Shown: positions 32,129-42,987, numbered from the stretch's first letter. The stretch is 64,000 nt of DNA from a bacterium (GCA_965249485.1 OZ252239.1:928001-992000); one strand, 5' to 3'. Made by a program: numbers and translations. Notes: generated from the letters alone by a model not told the origin.

Positions 32129-34003
32129 CTACCAGACGATTCCAGATTCTGGTCCATCATTACTTGATCCACCCCACATTGTTCCGTGTTCCCAATCGAA
32201 AAATATAGCGTTCAGTGGACCGGAAGTTAGTTGTCTGAAGTCGAGCTGATATCCCATGTCCGTTAGATCGCTACGGACCCATGGTGGAACAGAATTATTT
32301 AATGTTAACCTACCAGGCTGTGCAACATGATCATCGAAAGAACTACGCATTTGATAGCTTGTAAAATTTGCTGCTTCAACCGCTTGTTGAACGCTCATAC
32401 CAAACTCAACAATATTGAGAAAAAACTGGAGTGAATTCTGGTCCTGGGTATCTCCTCCTGCTACCGCAAAGGACACAAATGGTTTTCCGTCTTTGAGCGC
32501 CATGCTCGGCGTCAGAGTCGCGCGCGGTCGCTTACCAGGTTCAAGTACGTTATAAGGATTCTGCGATTCGTTAATGACAAAACTCTGCATACGCTGACTC
32601 ATTCCAATGCCTGTCCGTCCTGCCATGGTAACCGGTATCCAACCGCCGCTTGGCGTTAATGAGACAACCCATCCTTCTGCATCTGCGGATTGCATTGTGG
32701 TTGTTCCAGCTAAGAAACCTTCTTGCCAGGAACGTTCAAAGTCTGCACTGGAATTCGACGGAGATTCTTCTGATTTTTTATTCCAATCTTCAAGTAAATG
32801 AAGGTAAGGATTTTTCTCTCCCTGATAAGGATACGGGTCACCCGGCATAACATCGGGGTCATTTCTTTCCCAGTTAATGAGGTTGCTTCTATCCTTTGCG
32901 TATTCTTTTGAAAGGAGCCCCCGCATCGGTTCTACCGGTGGATAATAGGGATCACCGTAATAAAAATCTCTGTCGCTGTATGCAAGGTTCATAGCTTGAT
33001 ATAATGTATGAATATATGGTGAGCTGTTGTAACTCATAGATTTAATATCGATATTTTCCAAAATATTTAACGTTTGCAGAAGTACCGGGCTTTGTACCCA
33101 TGAAGTAAGTTTATATACATCAATTCCTTTATAGTTCGTTGAAACCGGTTCTTCAAGATAGACTTTCCAGTTAGCTAAGTCCTCCATGGTGTGTAAGCCA
33201 CCTTGTTCCTGAGAGCCCCTGACATATTCTTCAGCGATATCGCCTTTGTAAAATCGGTCATACGCAGCATAGATAGCCTCTTTTCTGCTCTTGCCCCGTG
33301 CTAATGCATCCGCTTCTGCGTCGACAAGTTTTTGCAGTGTTGCATACAGTTCGGGCTGTCTGAAAATTTCACCGGTTTGAGGCGTTTCAACTTCTTCTCC
33401 CGGATGTGTTATGAATACTTTTCGAGAATAAGGCCACTTCTTTATACGCTCTTTTTCACTTTTAATAGAATTAGCCGTCCCTCTATCTATTGGATAGCCG
33501 TCAGCCAATTGCATCGAGGGTTCAAGAACTTCTTTAAGGCTTAATTTTCCGAATTCAGCAAGCATAGTTAAAAGCCCGCCTGGCGTTCCCGGTGTTACCG
33601 CAGCAAGGGGGCCATAAGCTGGTGGGAAAGGCATGCCTTTATCTTTGAAGTATTGCGCTGTTGCCCCGGTCGGTGCAGCGCCCAGGGCATTGATCCCGAT
33701 GACCTTGCCGGTGTTCGGATTATATATCAATGCCTGCGTCTCACCTCCCCAGCTTAAAGCATCGTACAACGTTGATGCCGCGCCGAGCATCGAGCAGGCG
33801 GCATCAACTGCGTTACCACCTTTATAGTACATGGCAGCTCCGGCATTTACGGCAAGAGGTTTTTCGGTTAAGGCGATCCAATGCCGTCCATGCAGCGTGG
33901 GTTTCGCCGTTCTTTGAGCATATACATTTGTTCCAAGCAATGAAAGCAATAAGAGAATAATAAGAATCCTGATTCCTGAAAACACCTTGATATTTATGTA
34001 CAT
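32129..34003 (-). CDS. ggt: Gamma-glutamyltransferase family protein
   Basis: 'GGNAVDAA', 'TPGTPGG', autoproteolytic Thr 'GTTTMQSAD', 'PGKRPRATLTP', 'GGDTQ'. Confidence 0.88.
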   Translation of the reverse strand: MYINIKVFSGIRILIILLLLSLLGTNVYAQRTAKPTLHGRHWIALTEKPLAVNAGAAMYYKGGNAVDAACSMLGAASTLYDALSWGGETQALIYNPNTGKVIGINALGAAPTGATAQYFKDKGMPFPPAYGPLAAVTPGTPGGLLTMLAEFGKLSLKEVLEPSMQLADGYPIDRGTANSIKSEKERIKKWPYSRKVFITHPGEEVETPQTGEIFRQPELYATLQKLVDAEADALARGKSRKEAIYAAYDRFYKGDIAEEYVRGSQEQGGLHTMEDLANWKVYLEEPVSTNYKGIDVYKLTSWVQSPVLLQTLNILENIDIKSMSYNSSPYIHTLYQAMNLAYSDRDFYYGDPYYPPVEPMRGLLSKEYAKDRSNLINWERNDPDVMPGDPYPYQGEKNPYLHLLEDWNKKSEESPSNSSADFERSWQEGFLAGTTTMQSADAEGWVVSLTPSGGWIPVTMAGRTGIGMSQRMQSFVINESQNPYNVLEPGKRPRATLTPSMALKDGKPFVSFAVAGGDTQDQNSLQFFLNIVEFGMSVQQAVEAANFTSYQMRSSFDDHVAQPGRLTLNNSVPPWVRSDLTDMGYQLDFRQLTSGPLNAIFFDWEHGTMWGGSSNDGPESGIVW

Positions 34004-34126
34004 TGGATTTCCTCCTCCAAGTAATATGTTAATTAATTAGAAATATATTTTCTATTCTTTTGTATCTGCTCCTGATTACATTTCGAGTCACATTTCTCTC
34101 TAAGGGATGAATACTCAGGCGAATAG

Positions 34127-37100
34127 TCACCGGTTTTTACGTTCGTTTTGTCCTTCACTATCGCTATCCAGAATATTATGCAGTTCGGAAAGATGCCCTG
34201 ACAATGCCATATTCAGCTCATCAAAGCGCTGATATGCGTCTCGTCCCGGTTTCTGGTCGGCACGGTCCAACATCGAGAACAGATAGCTGAGCTGGTCGAT
34301 GAGCATGGGTGTCTGGTATATTCCTTCTTTTGTCACGAGAGAGTCCTGAATTTCGGCGAGTTTTTTGTCTTCTTCACCTACTGTTCGTATCCTGTCTGTG
34401 GCTCTCCGGGCATTGCTGAGTGCATCACGTACCTGGAGGCTGAGTGACTCTTGAGCAACAAGGTCAGATTGGGTTACGTTGTCCTCCTCTAAACGGGGAT
34501 CGATTCGCACTTCAAATCTAACTGTTCGGTTCCAGCTGCCGGCGGTAAGCTTTACCTGATAAGTCCCGGGAACGACCATCGGTCCCCTCTGATCCGCACG
34601 GCTCTCATCAGGATTCCAGGCACCGTCATGTCTCAAATCCCAGATGAAGCGGTGCATTCCGGCAACCTTTGTGATCTCTTGTGCGATGATGCGTTCCGTT
34701 CCGGGTCCCCGCATACCGGACTGGTCAGGTAATTCGGGTTGTTGAGGCAGTCCGGCACTGGAAAACAATTGGATCAACGTACCGGTATTGTCAAAGATTT
34801 CGAGTGTGATTTCTCCGGGCGGTTCCTTGTCAAGATAGTAATCAATCATTACCCCAACAGGGGGATATTCAGGATTAGCATCAGATCCACTTTGCGGTGT
34901 GTACCGCATACGGTACGCAGTCCGCGGCGCATATAGATGGAAACGGGATGAGGCCATACGTTCATTTAGCTGGTGGAGAGGAGTCAAATTGTCGAGAATC
35001 CAGAATGACCGCCCCATCGTAGAGAGCACCAGATCTTTCCGGAATACTCTGATGTCGGTGACCGGGGTTACCGGAAGATTCAGCTGAAACGGCTCCCAAT
35101 TAAGTCCGTCATCAAACGAAAGGAACATCCCGAATTCGGTACCGGCATAGAGAAGTCCTTCCCGTTCGGGATCTTCACGAACGACCCGTGTAGGAGTGTC
35201 GACAGGAATTCCATTACTCCCTCTCGTGAGCCGTGTCCACGATTTACCATAATCATCAGTACGGTAAATGTATGGTTCCCAGTCTCCCAGGAGATAACGA
35301 TAGGTCGCAATATACGCTTTTGCGGCTCTATGAGGAGAGGGCTCAATCGATTGCACCCGTCCGCCCGGCGGGAGGTCTTCCGGTGTGACATTGGTCCACG
35401 TTTTCCCATCGTCACGGGTGATGTGGACAGGACCATCATTTGCTCCGACCCATATCAAGCCTTTTTCAAGTGGAGATTCCTGTACCGCATAAATTGTGCT
35501 GTAGAACTCTTCACCGGTGATATCACGGGTGATAGGCGTACCCGAAATGACCTGTTTTGAGGGATCGTTTGCTGTCAAATCGGGGGAGATTGTTTCCCAT
35601 GTGACGCCTTCGTCAGTTGTCCGGTGCAAAAACTGTGAGGCGTGGTAAACAACATTCGGATCGTGCGGCGAGACATGGATCGGTGAGACCCGTTGGAAAC
35701 GATATTTCAGGTCTCGAGGATTATGTCCGTACATGTTTGCAGCGCCAACATAATAATGCTGTTCCTGACCGGTGGCTTTATTGTAACGACCAAAACGTCC
35801 TTTACAATTCGCATAGACTATATCGGGATTTCCCGGTTTTGGTATAGCAGGTCCGGTTTCACAACCGCCGACCGACCGCCAGTATGCCGTCGGACCGGAA
35901 GGCGTAGAATACGGTGGCAGGCTGGGTACCGTAATAGTGGAATTGTCTTGTTGACCGGCATACAGCCAATATGGGAACTGGTCGTCAACTGCAACCTGAT
36001 AAAGCTCTGCCGTCGGCTGGTTATGCTGTGTCGACCACGTTGTACCGCTGTCCTGCGTAATGTTTGCGCCACCGTCGTTTGATTGGATAAATATGTCTGG
36101 ATTATCGGGGTTGATCCACATATCGTGGTTGTCGCCGTGCGGCGTGGACCGCTGTTCCCAGGTTTCCCCCCCATCAGCGGACTTAAAAAATCGTGTCGAA
36201 TTTACATAGAGGACGTCTGCGTTTGTTGGGTCAGCATCAATATTTGTATAATAGAACGGACGGTCCAGCAGGTTTGCCTGGGCCGTGACCAGATGGAAAC
36301 TCGCGCCACGATCATCCGAGCGGTAGATTCCACCCTCGCCAACAGGGGCTTCGATGAGAACGTATACTCGATCAGGATCCGCGTGCGAAACAGCGAGATC
36401 ACTCTTCCCTAGCAGATCCTGGGGCAGCCCGTTCTTCAGTCTAGTCCAGGTGTCACCTCCATCCGTTGATTTGTACACACCACCCTCACGCGCACCGCTG
36501 ATGATAGTCCACGGTTTCCGCTCAGCCCGCCACATTGTGGCGTAAATCTCCTGGGGATTACCAGGACTGAATTCAATATCCGCTGCTCCCGTCTTATCAG
36601 AGATGAAAAGAACTTTCTCCCAGCTCTCACCGCCGTTTGTCGTGCGGTAGACACCGCGGTCAGGTCCAGGTCCAAATGCGTGTCCGATTGCCGCTACAAA
36701 GACTATGTCGGAGTTTTCCGGATGGATTTCCACTGCACCTATCTGTCCGACATCACGCAGTCCTACAAAAATCCAGCTTTTTCCTCCATCCGTCGATTTG
36801 TACACGCCACGACCGGTGATAACATTGCTACGGATTGCATCCGAACCGGTGCCGACATATATTATATCTGTATCCGAGTCTGCTACTCGAATTGCACCTA
36901 TTGAGCCGGTTTCAAAATACCCGTCCGAAATGTTAACCCAGTTTCTGCCATAGTCGGTTGTCTTCCAAACGCCACCGCCGGTACTCCCCATGTAAAATGT
37001 AGAGAGATGGGACCTGTGACCAGTAACGGCAGTCACTCTTCCTCCGCGCGATGGTCCAATGTTTCGGTACTTCATATCGCTGTAAAGGCTCTGGTCATAA

Positions 37101-37207
37101 ATCGTGTGGGACGAAGTGTTATCCTGCTGACCGTAGAGCACAGCGCTATGACTGCCAACAAGAACAAGCAATACAACAACACTTACATTGATTAATCTTT
37201 TTTTCAT
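34127..37207 (-). CDS. BNR/Asp-box (VPS10/sortilin-like) beta-propeller protein
   Basis: Many 'S/TxDGGxTW' repeats, 'IGPSRGGRV'; start moved to MKKRL. Confidence 0.88.
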   Translation of the reverse strand: MKKRLINVSVVVLLVLVGSHSAVLYGQQDNTSSHTIYDQSLYSDMKYRNIGPSRGGRVTAVTGHRSHLSTFYMGSTGGGVWKTTDYGRNWVNISDGYFETGSIGAIRVADSDTDIIYVGTGSDAIRSNVITGRGVYKSTDGGKSWIFVGLRDVGQIGAVEIHPENSDIVFVAAIGHAFGPGPDRGVYRTTNGGESWEKVLFISDKTGAADIEFSPGNPQEIYATMWRAERKPWTIISGAREGGVYKSTDGGDTWTRLKNGLPQDLLGKSDLAVSHADPDRVYVLIEAPVGEGGIYRSDDRGASFHLVTAQANLLDRPFYYTNIDADPTNADVLYVNSTRFFKSADGGETWEQRSTPHGDNHDMWINPDNPDIFIQSNDGGANITQDSGTTWSTQHNQPTAELYQVAVDDQFPYWLYAGQQDNSTITVPSLPPYSTPSGPTAYWRSVGGCETGPAIPKPGNPDIVYANCKGRFGRYNKATGQEQHYYVGAANMYGHNPRDLKYRFQRVSPIHVSPHDPNVVYHASQFLHRTTDEGVTWETISPDLTANDPSKQVISGTPITRDITGEEFYSTIYAVQESPLEKGLIWVGANDGPVHITRDDGKTWTNVTPEDLPPGGRVQSIEPSPHRAAKAYIATYRYLLGDWEPYIYRTDDYGKSWTRLTRGSNGIPVDTPTRVVREDPEREGLLYAGTEFGMFLSFDDGLNWEPFQLNLPVTPVTDIRVFRKDLVLSTMGRSFWILDNLTPLHQLNERMASSRFHLYAPRTAYRMRYTPQSGSDANPEYPPVGVMIDYYLDKEPPGEITLEIFDNTGTLIQLFSSAGLPQQPELPDQSGMRGPGTERIIAQEITKVAGMHRFIWDLRHDGAWNPDESRADQRGPMVVPGTYQVKLTAGSWNRTVRFEVRIDPRLEEDNVTQSDLVAQESLSLQVRDALSNARRATDRIRTVGEEDKKLAEIQDSLVTKEGIYQTPMLIDQLSYLFSMLDRADQKPGRDAYQRFDELNMALSGHLSELHNILDSDSEGQNERKNR

Positions 37208-37224
37208 TGGTAACCTCTTTGATT

Positions 37225-39276
37225 CTAATCCCAATACTTATTAAACCACGCAAGCACATGGGCAACTTTTGTAATGAGTTGACTGGGCCGCCGTGCGATG
37301 TTGTGTGATGCTCCCGGAATCTCGACCAGTGCTGTCTCTATTCTTCGAAGCTTAAGTGCATGATAGAGTTGTTTTGCTTCGGAAAGAGGTGTTCTCAAAT
37401 CGGCGGTACCCACCATAACTAACGTTGGTGTATTGACATTCCCTACAAGCGAAATGGGTGAGTATTTCATATATATCTCTGGATTTTCCCAGGGTGAGCC
37501 GGGATAACGGTACTTGTGATAGGAGTAGTAGTTATCTGCTACCAGCGTCTTACTGTACCAGTTCATTACCGGTTTGGCAACAACTGCTGCCCTGAAACGT
37601 GAGGTTGTTCCTACGATCCAGGCTGTCATGATACCGCCTGCACTTCCACCGGTTACGAATAAATTCTGCTCATCGATGTATCCTCTGGCAATCACTGCAT
37701 CGACGCCTGACATAAGATCATCGTAGTCCCCACCGGGATAATCGTGGTAAAGAAGGTTTCCAAACGTTTCACCATAGCCGGTACTTCCACGTGGATTGGC
37801 ATAGAACACCACATAACCGGCAGCAGCGTACAATTGCATCTCTGCTGAAAATCGATCACCGTAATTGGAAATCGGCCCACCATGAATCTCTAATATCAAC
37901 GGATATTTCCGCTCTGGATCAAATCCGGGTGGCGTAACGATCCAGCCCTGAATTCGACGTTGATCCAATGAGGATTCATACCAGATCTCTTCAACCATAC
38001 CCAGGTCGCGGTATCCGAGCAGGTCACTGTTGAGTTCTGTGATAAGTTCCACTTCTTTTCCTTGGCGCCACACGGCGACATCGGCTGGATAATCAGGCCT
38101 TGTGTACGTGTAAGCGATCACGCCTCCGGATGAGATAGAAAAAGATCCACTCCCGTATGGCCGGCTTAACGATGTTCCACCCAGGTTATCGGTCAATGTT
38201 CTCACATTTCCATTGAGAGTCGTGTATCCGATTTTCGTATCGCCTTGGTCTTCGTATTTGAAGTAGATACCTTCACCCGAAGTGTCCCAAATCGGATTTG
38301 ATATACTTCGATCGAGACTGGAAGCAATGAGACGCTTTTCACTCCCGTCTCTATTCATCACATAGAGTTTAGTGACTTGATACGTTTGAACGTTATCGTC
38401 GTACCCCAGGATAGCAATCCGCTTATCATCCGGAGAGATAGTGGGGCTATGGTCCGGTCCGTTTCGGTCTGTCAATACACGAATGGTACCATCTTCGAGT
38501 GAAACTGAATAAATCTCTGTGTTGACGAACTCATATTCCCAGTCTGGATTCCGGTTAGCGGAAAAAATCAGGGATTTACTATCCTGTGTCCACACCGGAG
38601 CGCTTCGATGATGGAATGAACCAGACGTCACTTGTCGTGCTGTGCCGCCTTCTGCAGGAAGTACAAACAAATGATTGTAACCGGGTTCAAGGTAACCTGA
38701 ACCATCAGCCTCATGACGTACCCGTGTCGTGACACGTGGCGGATCGGCCCATTGCGCTCCTTTGGGTTTTGGAGGTGGTATGACAAGTTCGGGAGAAGCT
38801 TCGGCAACAAGCATTGAAAACGCAATCCATGTGCCATCCGGCGACCAGGAAATGCCGCGAGGTGTCTCTGGTAACTGAGTGAGACGGGCAATTTGTCCCG
38901 TATCCATCCAGCGCACAGAGATTTCAGCACCATCATCACTACTAGCTACATAAACAATCCTATTTCCGTCTGGCGACCAGCGTGGGGAAGATTCTCCAAA
39001 CTCGCCCGCTGTAAGCTTTCGGTGGTCTGAACCATCCACATTAATAATCCACAGTTCAGACTGACTGCGATCTGTCATGATGTTCATTGAATTGCGAACA
39101 TAAACAATCTGGCTTCCATCGGGAGATATCTGTGGATCGGAAGCATGTTCGAGCTGAAAAACGTCAAGTTCGGTAAAGTGACGATCATCTACGTCTGAAG
39201 CTCTTGTAATCGAGGCTATCACTAACAAGCTCGCCAGGGCACAGCATAGCATTAAACGAATTGATTTTGGTCTCAT
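37225..39276 (-). CDS. S9-family serine peptidase (acylaminoacyl/dipeptidyl peptidase-like)
   Basis: PD40 'SPDG' repeats, 'IHGGP', 'GGSAGG', 'DLRTP', 'ASH'. Confidence 0.92.
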   Translation of the reverse strand: MRPKSIRLMLCCALASLLVIASITRASDVDDRHFTELDVFQLEHASDPQISPDGSQIVYVRNSMNIMTDRSQSELWIINVDGSDHRKLTAGEFGESSPRWSPDGNRIVYVASSDDGAEISVRWMDTGQIARLTQLPETPRGISWSPDGTWIAFSMLVAEASPELVIPPPKPKGAQWADPPRVTTRVRHEADGSGYLEPGYNHLFVLPAEGGTARQVTSGSFHHRSAPVWTQDSKSLIFSANRNPDWEYEFVNTEIYSVSLEDGTIRVLTDRNGPDHSPTISPDDKRIAILGYDDNVQTYQVTKLYVMNRDGSEKRLIASSLDRSISNPIWDTSGEGIYFKYEDQGDTKIGYTTLNGNVRTLTDNLGGTSLSRPYGSGSFSISSGGVIAYTYTRPDYPADVAVWRQGKEVELITELNSDLLGYRDLGMVEEIWYESSLDQRRIQGWIVTPPGFDPERKYPLILEIHGGPISNYGDRFSAEMQLYAAAGYVVFYANPRGSTGYGETFGNLLYHDYPGGDYDDLMSGVDAVIARGYIDEQNLFVTGGSAGGIMTAWIVGTTSRFRAAVVAKPVMNWYSKTLVADNYYSYHKYRYPGSPWENPEIYMKYSPISLVGNVNTPTLVMVGTADLRTPLSEAKQLYHALKLRRIETALVEIPGASHNIARRPSQLITKVAHVLAWFNKYWD

Positions 39277-39579
39277 TTGATGTCCTCCATCAAAAAATTT
39301 CGTCTGAATGTCTCAGTGAAAAGCGTTCCGGTTGCTTGCCTTTAGCAGACAATGCGAGATGTAATCCAGTACTCTGGATCGGTGTCCTAATAATTATTTA
39401 TACGGCAACCTACTAAGATTTTCCTATAATTTTTCGAATTAAAATGTTCGCAATACTTCCCTGTTACTTTATATATCTGAATACCCAAAGTACTACAATA
39501 CAGTCAGAAAATTTGCTCCACTCCTAATGAGATGTGAAGCAAAATTGTTTTTAGGTTATTCTAATCTGGCAATGTGTAC

Positions 39580-41019
39580 TTATTTAACTACATGCCACTC
39601 GACATTTGGTCTGTCAAGATATTCTAAACCGTTTTCTGTAAATACTGCAAGTTGTCCAACCCCGACTTCCACACCATGTTCGCCCCAACCCTCTACTTTA
39701 ACGCTGGTATGCGGCTCGAATGCATATATCGTGTTATAATGGAGTGTGAGGTCAGGAGACAGTAGTGGATGTTGTTTATACCCGCGGCCCATTCCCGTAA
39801 CGTATGTTCCACGAGAAAACAGTAGTCCATTCTCAGTGAATCTCCTGATAAACATCGGTGGAGGATGAAAACCGCCTGATGAGTCTATTATGAGAGAATT
39901 ACGTGGAATCCTCTCCGTAGCTTCGCGAATCTCTTGTGCGGTGCGACCCATTTTAAATTCATTCCTGTAATCATCCTGAATATCATTAACGATCCGCAGT
40001 GCTCTTTTTAAGCCCTCGGGAACATCCTCTTCACCTTTCTGGAGCACATATGCGTGCTGATGAGAATCGGTTTCAACACCGAGAAGCATAATGTCCGAAT
40101 CACAATTGATGATATCTCCCCGCCTGACAATCAAATTCACACCGTTTTCGGTCTTGCCTTGCCTGAAATTATCGGGATCATTGCCATATTCAGCAATTTT
40201 TGATGGCCTTCTCGTAACAGTAATGGAAGGGTGGTTGTCAATTTCTAAATGAAGATCTAAATATTTATGCCGCAGCCACCAGTTGATATCGTCTGTTGTT
40301 GTAACATTGGGTGTGACAACTTTATTGGAAAATGCTTCAGCAAGAATATCATTTTGCACTCCCTGAACGTAACGGTATATACTTATTTGTTCCGGGGCTA
40401 ACGTCGAGAGCCACCGAATACCAAGTTCCCACGAATCAACACTCCGTGAAGCGTACTTATTTCCTAACGCTTTCGTCATTTCATCAGTCGTAACAATACT
40501 ATATTGTGATGTTTCACCGATATTTACTCTCCGAATTGCAAGGTTTTTCATACTGACCGCAATCTTTTTGGGATTCCGTTTCCTTACTAATTCTGTAATA
40601 TGAGCAAAATCTTTAGGCTCAACATATTCGATCTCGTTTCCAGTATCGTAAAAAAGCAGAAATCCGGGTATTCCGGAACGGGAACTACTGTGTTGACTCG
40701 GGTAAACCATCCCTTCGTGATTTGCCGGAAGCAACGAGAGAAATACCGGATGCTCTCTATACGAGGTCGAACGGTAAAGCGGCTCTTCATCATTTCGGAT
40801 GATCCACATGTCTACTCCTCGTTCCCGCATGACCGTCGGAAGCACGTTCTCTCTTTTCCATTCCCAAAACTTCTGCATTATCTGGACACGTTCCCGCATC
40901 GGTATAAAATTCGCCGCATCTCTGCCCGAACCCGCTTTAGGTGCTTGAGCAAATGTGGTGCTTACGGTTAGTAGAACTAATGATAATAATATTGACCACA
41001 AAATTTTTTTAGTTTTCAT
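39580..41019 (-). CDS. Secreted M24-family protein
   Basis: Signal peptide; 'GDIINCD...ETDSHQHAYVL', 'FHPPP', 'YAFEP'. The last Glu ligand appears lost. Confidence 0.78.
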   Translation of the reverse strand: MKTKKILWSILLSLVLLTVSTTFAQAPKAGSGRDAANFIPMRERVQIMQKFWEWKRENVLPTVMRERGVDMWIIRNDEEPLYRSTSYREHPVFLSLLPANHEGMVYPSQHSSSRSGIPGFLLFYDTGNEIEYVEPKDFAHITELVRKRNPKKIAVSMKNLAIRRVNIGETSQYSIVTTDEMTKALGNKYASRSVDSWELGIRWLSTLAPEQISIYRYVQGVQNDILAEAFSNKVVTPNVTTTDDINWWLRHKYLDLHLEIDNHPSITVTRRPSKIAEYGNDPDNFRQGKTENGVNLIVRRGDIINCDSDIMLLGVETDSHQHAYVLQKGEEDVPEGLKRALRIVNDIQDDYRNEFKMGRTAQEIREATERIPRNSLIIDSSGGFHPPPMFIRRFTENGLLFSRGTYVTGMGRGYKQHPLLSPDLTLHYNTIYAFEPHTSVKVEGWGEHGVEVGVGQLAVFTENGLEYLDRPNVEWHVVK

Positions 41020-41048
41020 GGCACTCTCCTAAGTTTATGAATGATATT

Positions 41049-41157
41049 GTATGTAAATTATCTAAGCGATGCAGACACTTTGTGTTCAATAGTTATGATA
41101 TGTGATTTGCTTTTACAAGGATCAATACTCCACAGGCAGAACGATTTTTGAACCTTT
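41049..41157 (-). promoter_or_regulatory. Dispersed promoter element, copy C
   Basis: ttacaag (41113) ... tactccacaggca-GAAC-gattttt-GAAC (perfect N7 box). Confidence 0.65.
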
Positions 41158-41181
41158 ATGCTTGTGTGTAAACCACGTGGT

Positions 41182-42000
41182 CTACGGATATTTTTGAATC
41201 GAAAACTTTTTAGCCGTGTAATTCCCATCAGGCAGCACAGTCGGTAATGTATACACTGGATTGGTAATCAACGCATAAACTGCAGGATCACGTTCCCGCA
41301 CTTTTTCTTTTGTATTTAAAGGCCATTCATCTCCAATGCTTTCTAAACGCCCCGGAAAATCCTGTGAACCAAGTATTGACGTTAAGACCCAGTAAATATA
41401 TTCATTCATTTGGCAACTATAAAGACACGTCTCGTCATAATAAGTATACCAGGCACTTTCGGGATATTCCTCAGGGACTTCTTCAAAGTGTCCACCTCTT
41501 GCGATATCCATAGCCCCTGACAGCCCAGTCCCACTTGTCATACCAAATACTTCGGGATAGGCATTGCCATATCCGTGACGAGTTATCATATGCAGAACTT
41601 CTTCAAGTGCCTCATCATTAAATCCATCCACTCCATGATGCGGACCAATGTTATCAGCCCAGATTGATTTACTGGGACGCGGCATGAATTCCCTGTAGTT
41701 CATTCTCACAGCCTCCAACTCATCCGGATTTTTTGTTACCATCAGGCTAACATTCACGGCCACCATCGCATCAACGATCTTCTGATTATCCGGAATTCCG
41801 TCTTCGTCGTTGTCAAAATATTCGGCTAGCACGTTTGCGGCGTGAAGCACTTTACCGTCGGGTGATGCCGTAGTTGCAATGACCCGAACACCAAATACCT
41901 CAACTTGTTTGGTAAATGGATTTGATGCTTTGCTGTTCTGACTGCAATTCACACATACTATAACTAAAAGTACAAACCATACCGGTGATAATAATTTCAT
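41182..42000 (-). CDS. Hypothetical lipoprotein with EExxH motif
   Basis: Start MKLLSP with GGAGG RBS; 'EEVLH'; paralogue of 7485..8684. Confidence 0.7.
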   Translation of the reverse strand: MKLLSPVWFVLLVIVCVNCSQNSKASNPFTKQVEVFGVRVIATTASPDGKVLHAANVLAEYFDNDEDGIPDNQKIVDAMVAVNVSLMVTKNPDELEAVRMNYREFMPRPSKSIWADNIGPHHGVDGFNDEALEEVLHMITRHGYGNAYPEVFGMTSGTGLSGAMDIARGGHFEEVPEEYPESAWYTYYDETCLYSCQMNEYIYWVLTSILGSQDFPGRLESIGDEWPLNTKEKVRERDPAVYALITNPVYTLPTVLPDGNYTAKKFSIQKYP

Positions 42001-42215
42001 AGCAACCTCCGCTTGACTGAGAGATAACTTCTCATTAACTTTTTGACTGGGCACCGCTAAATCTATTTATAACATTTTGAATCAAATAATACGGTATGCA
42101 TTTTACTTCTTGGGCAGTACAATTTGTAAACGCTCGTATATGTTGCAAGAACGAGTGTTTAAGATTATTTTCCGGTAAAGATAGTAATCGAGCTGATCGG
42201 ACACCTGCGGTCTCT

Positions 42216-42611
42216 TTACTTCTCAGTGCTTACAGGCTTTCGCATCCACATCCAATGTGTGGAGAAAAACACCACGCATAATATGATGAGCAAGCTTTCC
42301 ACAATTATTGAACGGCGCACTCTATGCAGGACGGATTGAATTGCTTCAGTCTTAGAGTCTTCATACATGGCGTGCAGCATTTGGTCGTCGGGAAGGGCTG
42401 ATGACTCACCTTCCTTTGGAAGTGATTTGATAATATCCATTTTGTAAATTTCGAATGAAGCCAAACGTTCGAACCCTCTCTCAGCATGGAGTGGGTCGCT
42501 AAGGTCTATAATGTTATTCACAAGAGATGTCAAAGATATGAGAAAGGTAAAGACTGTGACTAAGCATACTGCATACCCATAGATCAGTGGAATTCTTGAT
42601 TGTTTTTCCAC
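42216..42611 (-). CDS. Hypothetical two-TM membrane protein
   Basis: 131 aa, GTG start with GAGG RBS, two hydrophobic helices. Confidence 0.7.
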   Translation of the reverse strand: MEKQSRIPLIYGYAVCLVTVFTFLISLTSLVNNIIDLSDPLHAERGFERLASFEIYKMDIIKSLPKEGESSALPDDQMLHAMYEDSKTEAIQSVLHRVRRSIIVESLLIILCVVFFSTHWMWMRKPVSTEK

Positions 42612-42652
42612 GTTTTCCTCATCAATTGTCAGAAATAGTTCGGGTTACAAAC

Positions 42653-42683
42653 AAAAAAACCGCCTACTCCATCAGTAGACAGT
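42653..42683 (-). terminator. Intrinsic terminator (probable riboswitch expression platform)
   Basis: Minus strand ACTGTCTACT-gatgg-AGTAGGCGGT then a T-run; 10 bp stem with G-U pairs that work only on this strand. Confidence 0.75.
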
Positions 42684-42712
42684 TTATTTATATTTACATT
42701 CCATAATAACAG

Positions 42713-42799
42713 AATCCATTCCATAAGCCAGTATTACCCAGTTCAGTTTCAAAGAATCACTCTCACGTCCATATCGCTTTGAACCTTCCCTATGGAATT
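42713..42799 (-). ncRNA. TPP-riboswitch-like aptamer (variant or degenerate)
   Basis: Minus strand ...TGAGAgtgattcTTTGAAaCTGAaCTGGGTAATACtgGCttatGGAA follows the TPP aptamer 3' consensus. P1 is TCCA/TGGA. Preceded by TTGCAT-N17-TACTCT and followed by a terminator. Confidence 0.65.
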
Positions 42800-42879
42800 T
42801 ATTTTAGAGTAAGGCTGAAATATAAAAAATGCAAGAAATAATTTTTCCATCACTTTTATCTGTACCTTGCTGAAAGGTT

Positions 42880-42987
42880 GGATGTCCTCAGAATGTTTCG
42901 GAGACTTTGTGTTAAATAGTAAGATATTTAAAATGCTTTTACAAGTGTTTTCTACTCATCGAGTTGTACGATGTGCGAACCTTCAAC
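42880..42987 (-). promoter_or_regulatory. Dispersed promoter element, copy D
   Basis: TTGTAA (42939-42944)-N17-TACTAT (42916-42921); boxes ggat-gtcctca-gaat and gtac-gatgtgc-gaac are 86 bp apart. Confidence 0.75.

Noticed and set aside
39300..39390. Possible riboswitch upstream of the S9 peptidase
   Set aside because: Short hairpins exist (atccag-tact-ctggat), but I could not match any known aptamer consensus.
41139..41153. GAAC-N7-GAAC called as an SOS (LexA) box
   Set aside because: It matches the alphaproteobacterial motif, but the downstream genes are peptidases and transporters and nothing else suggests that lineage; kept only as an analogy.
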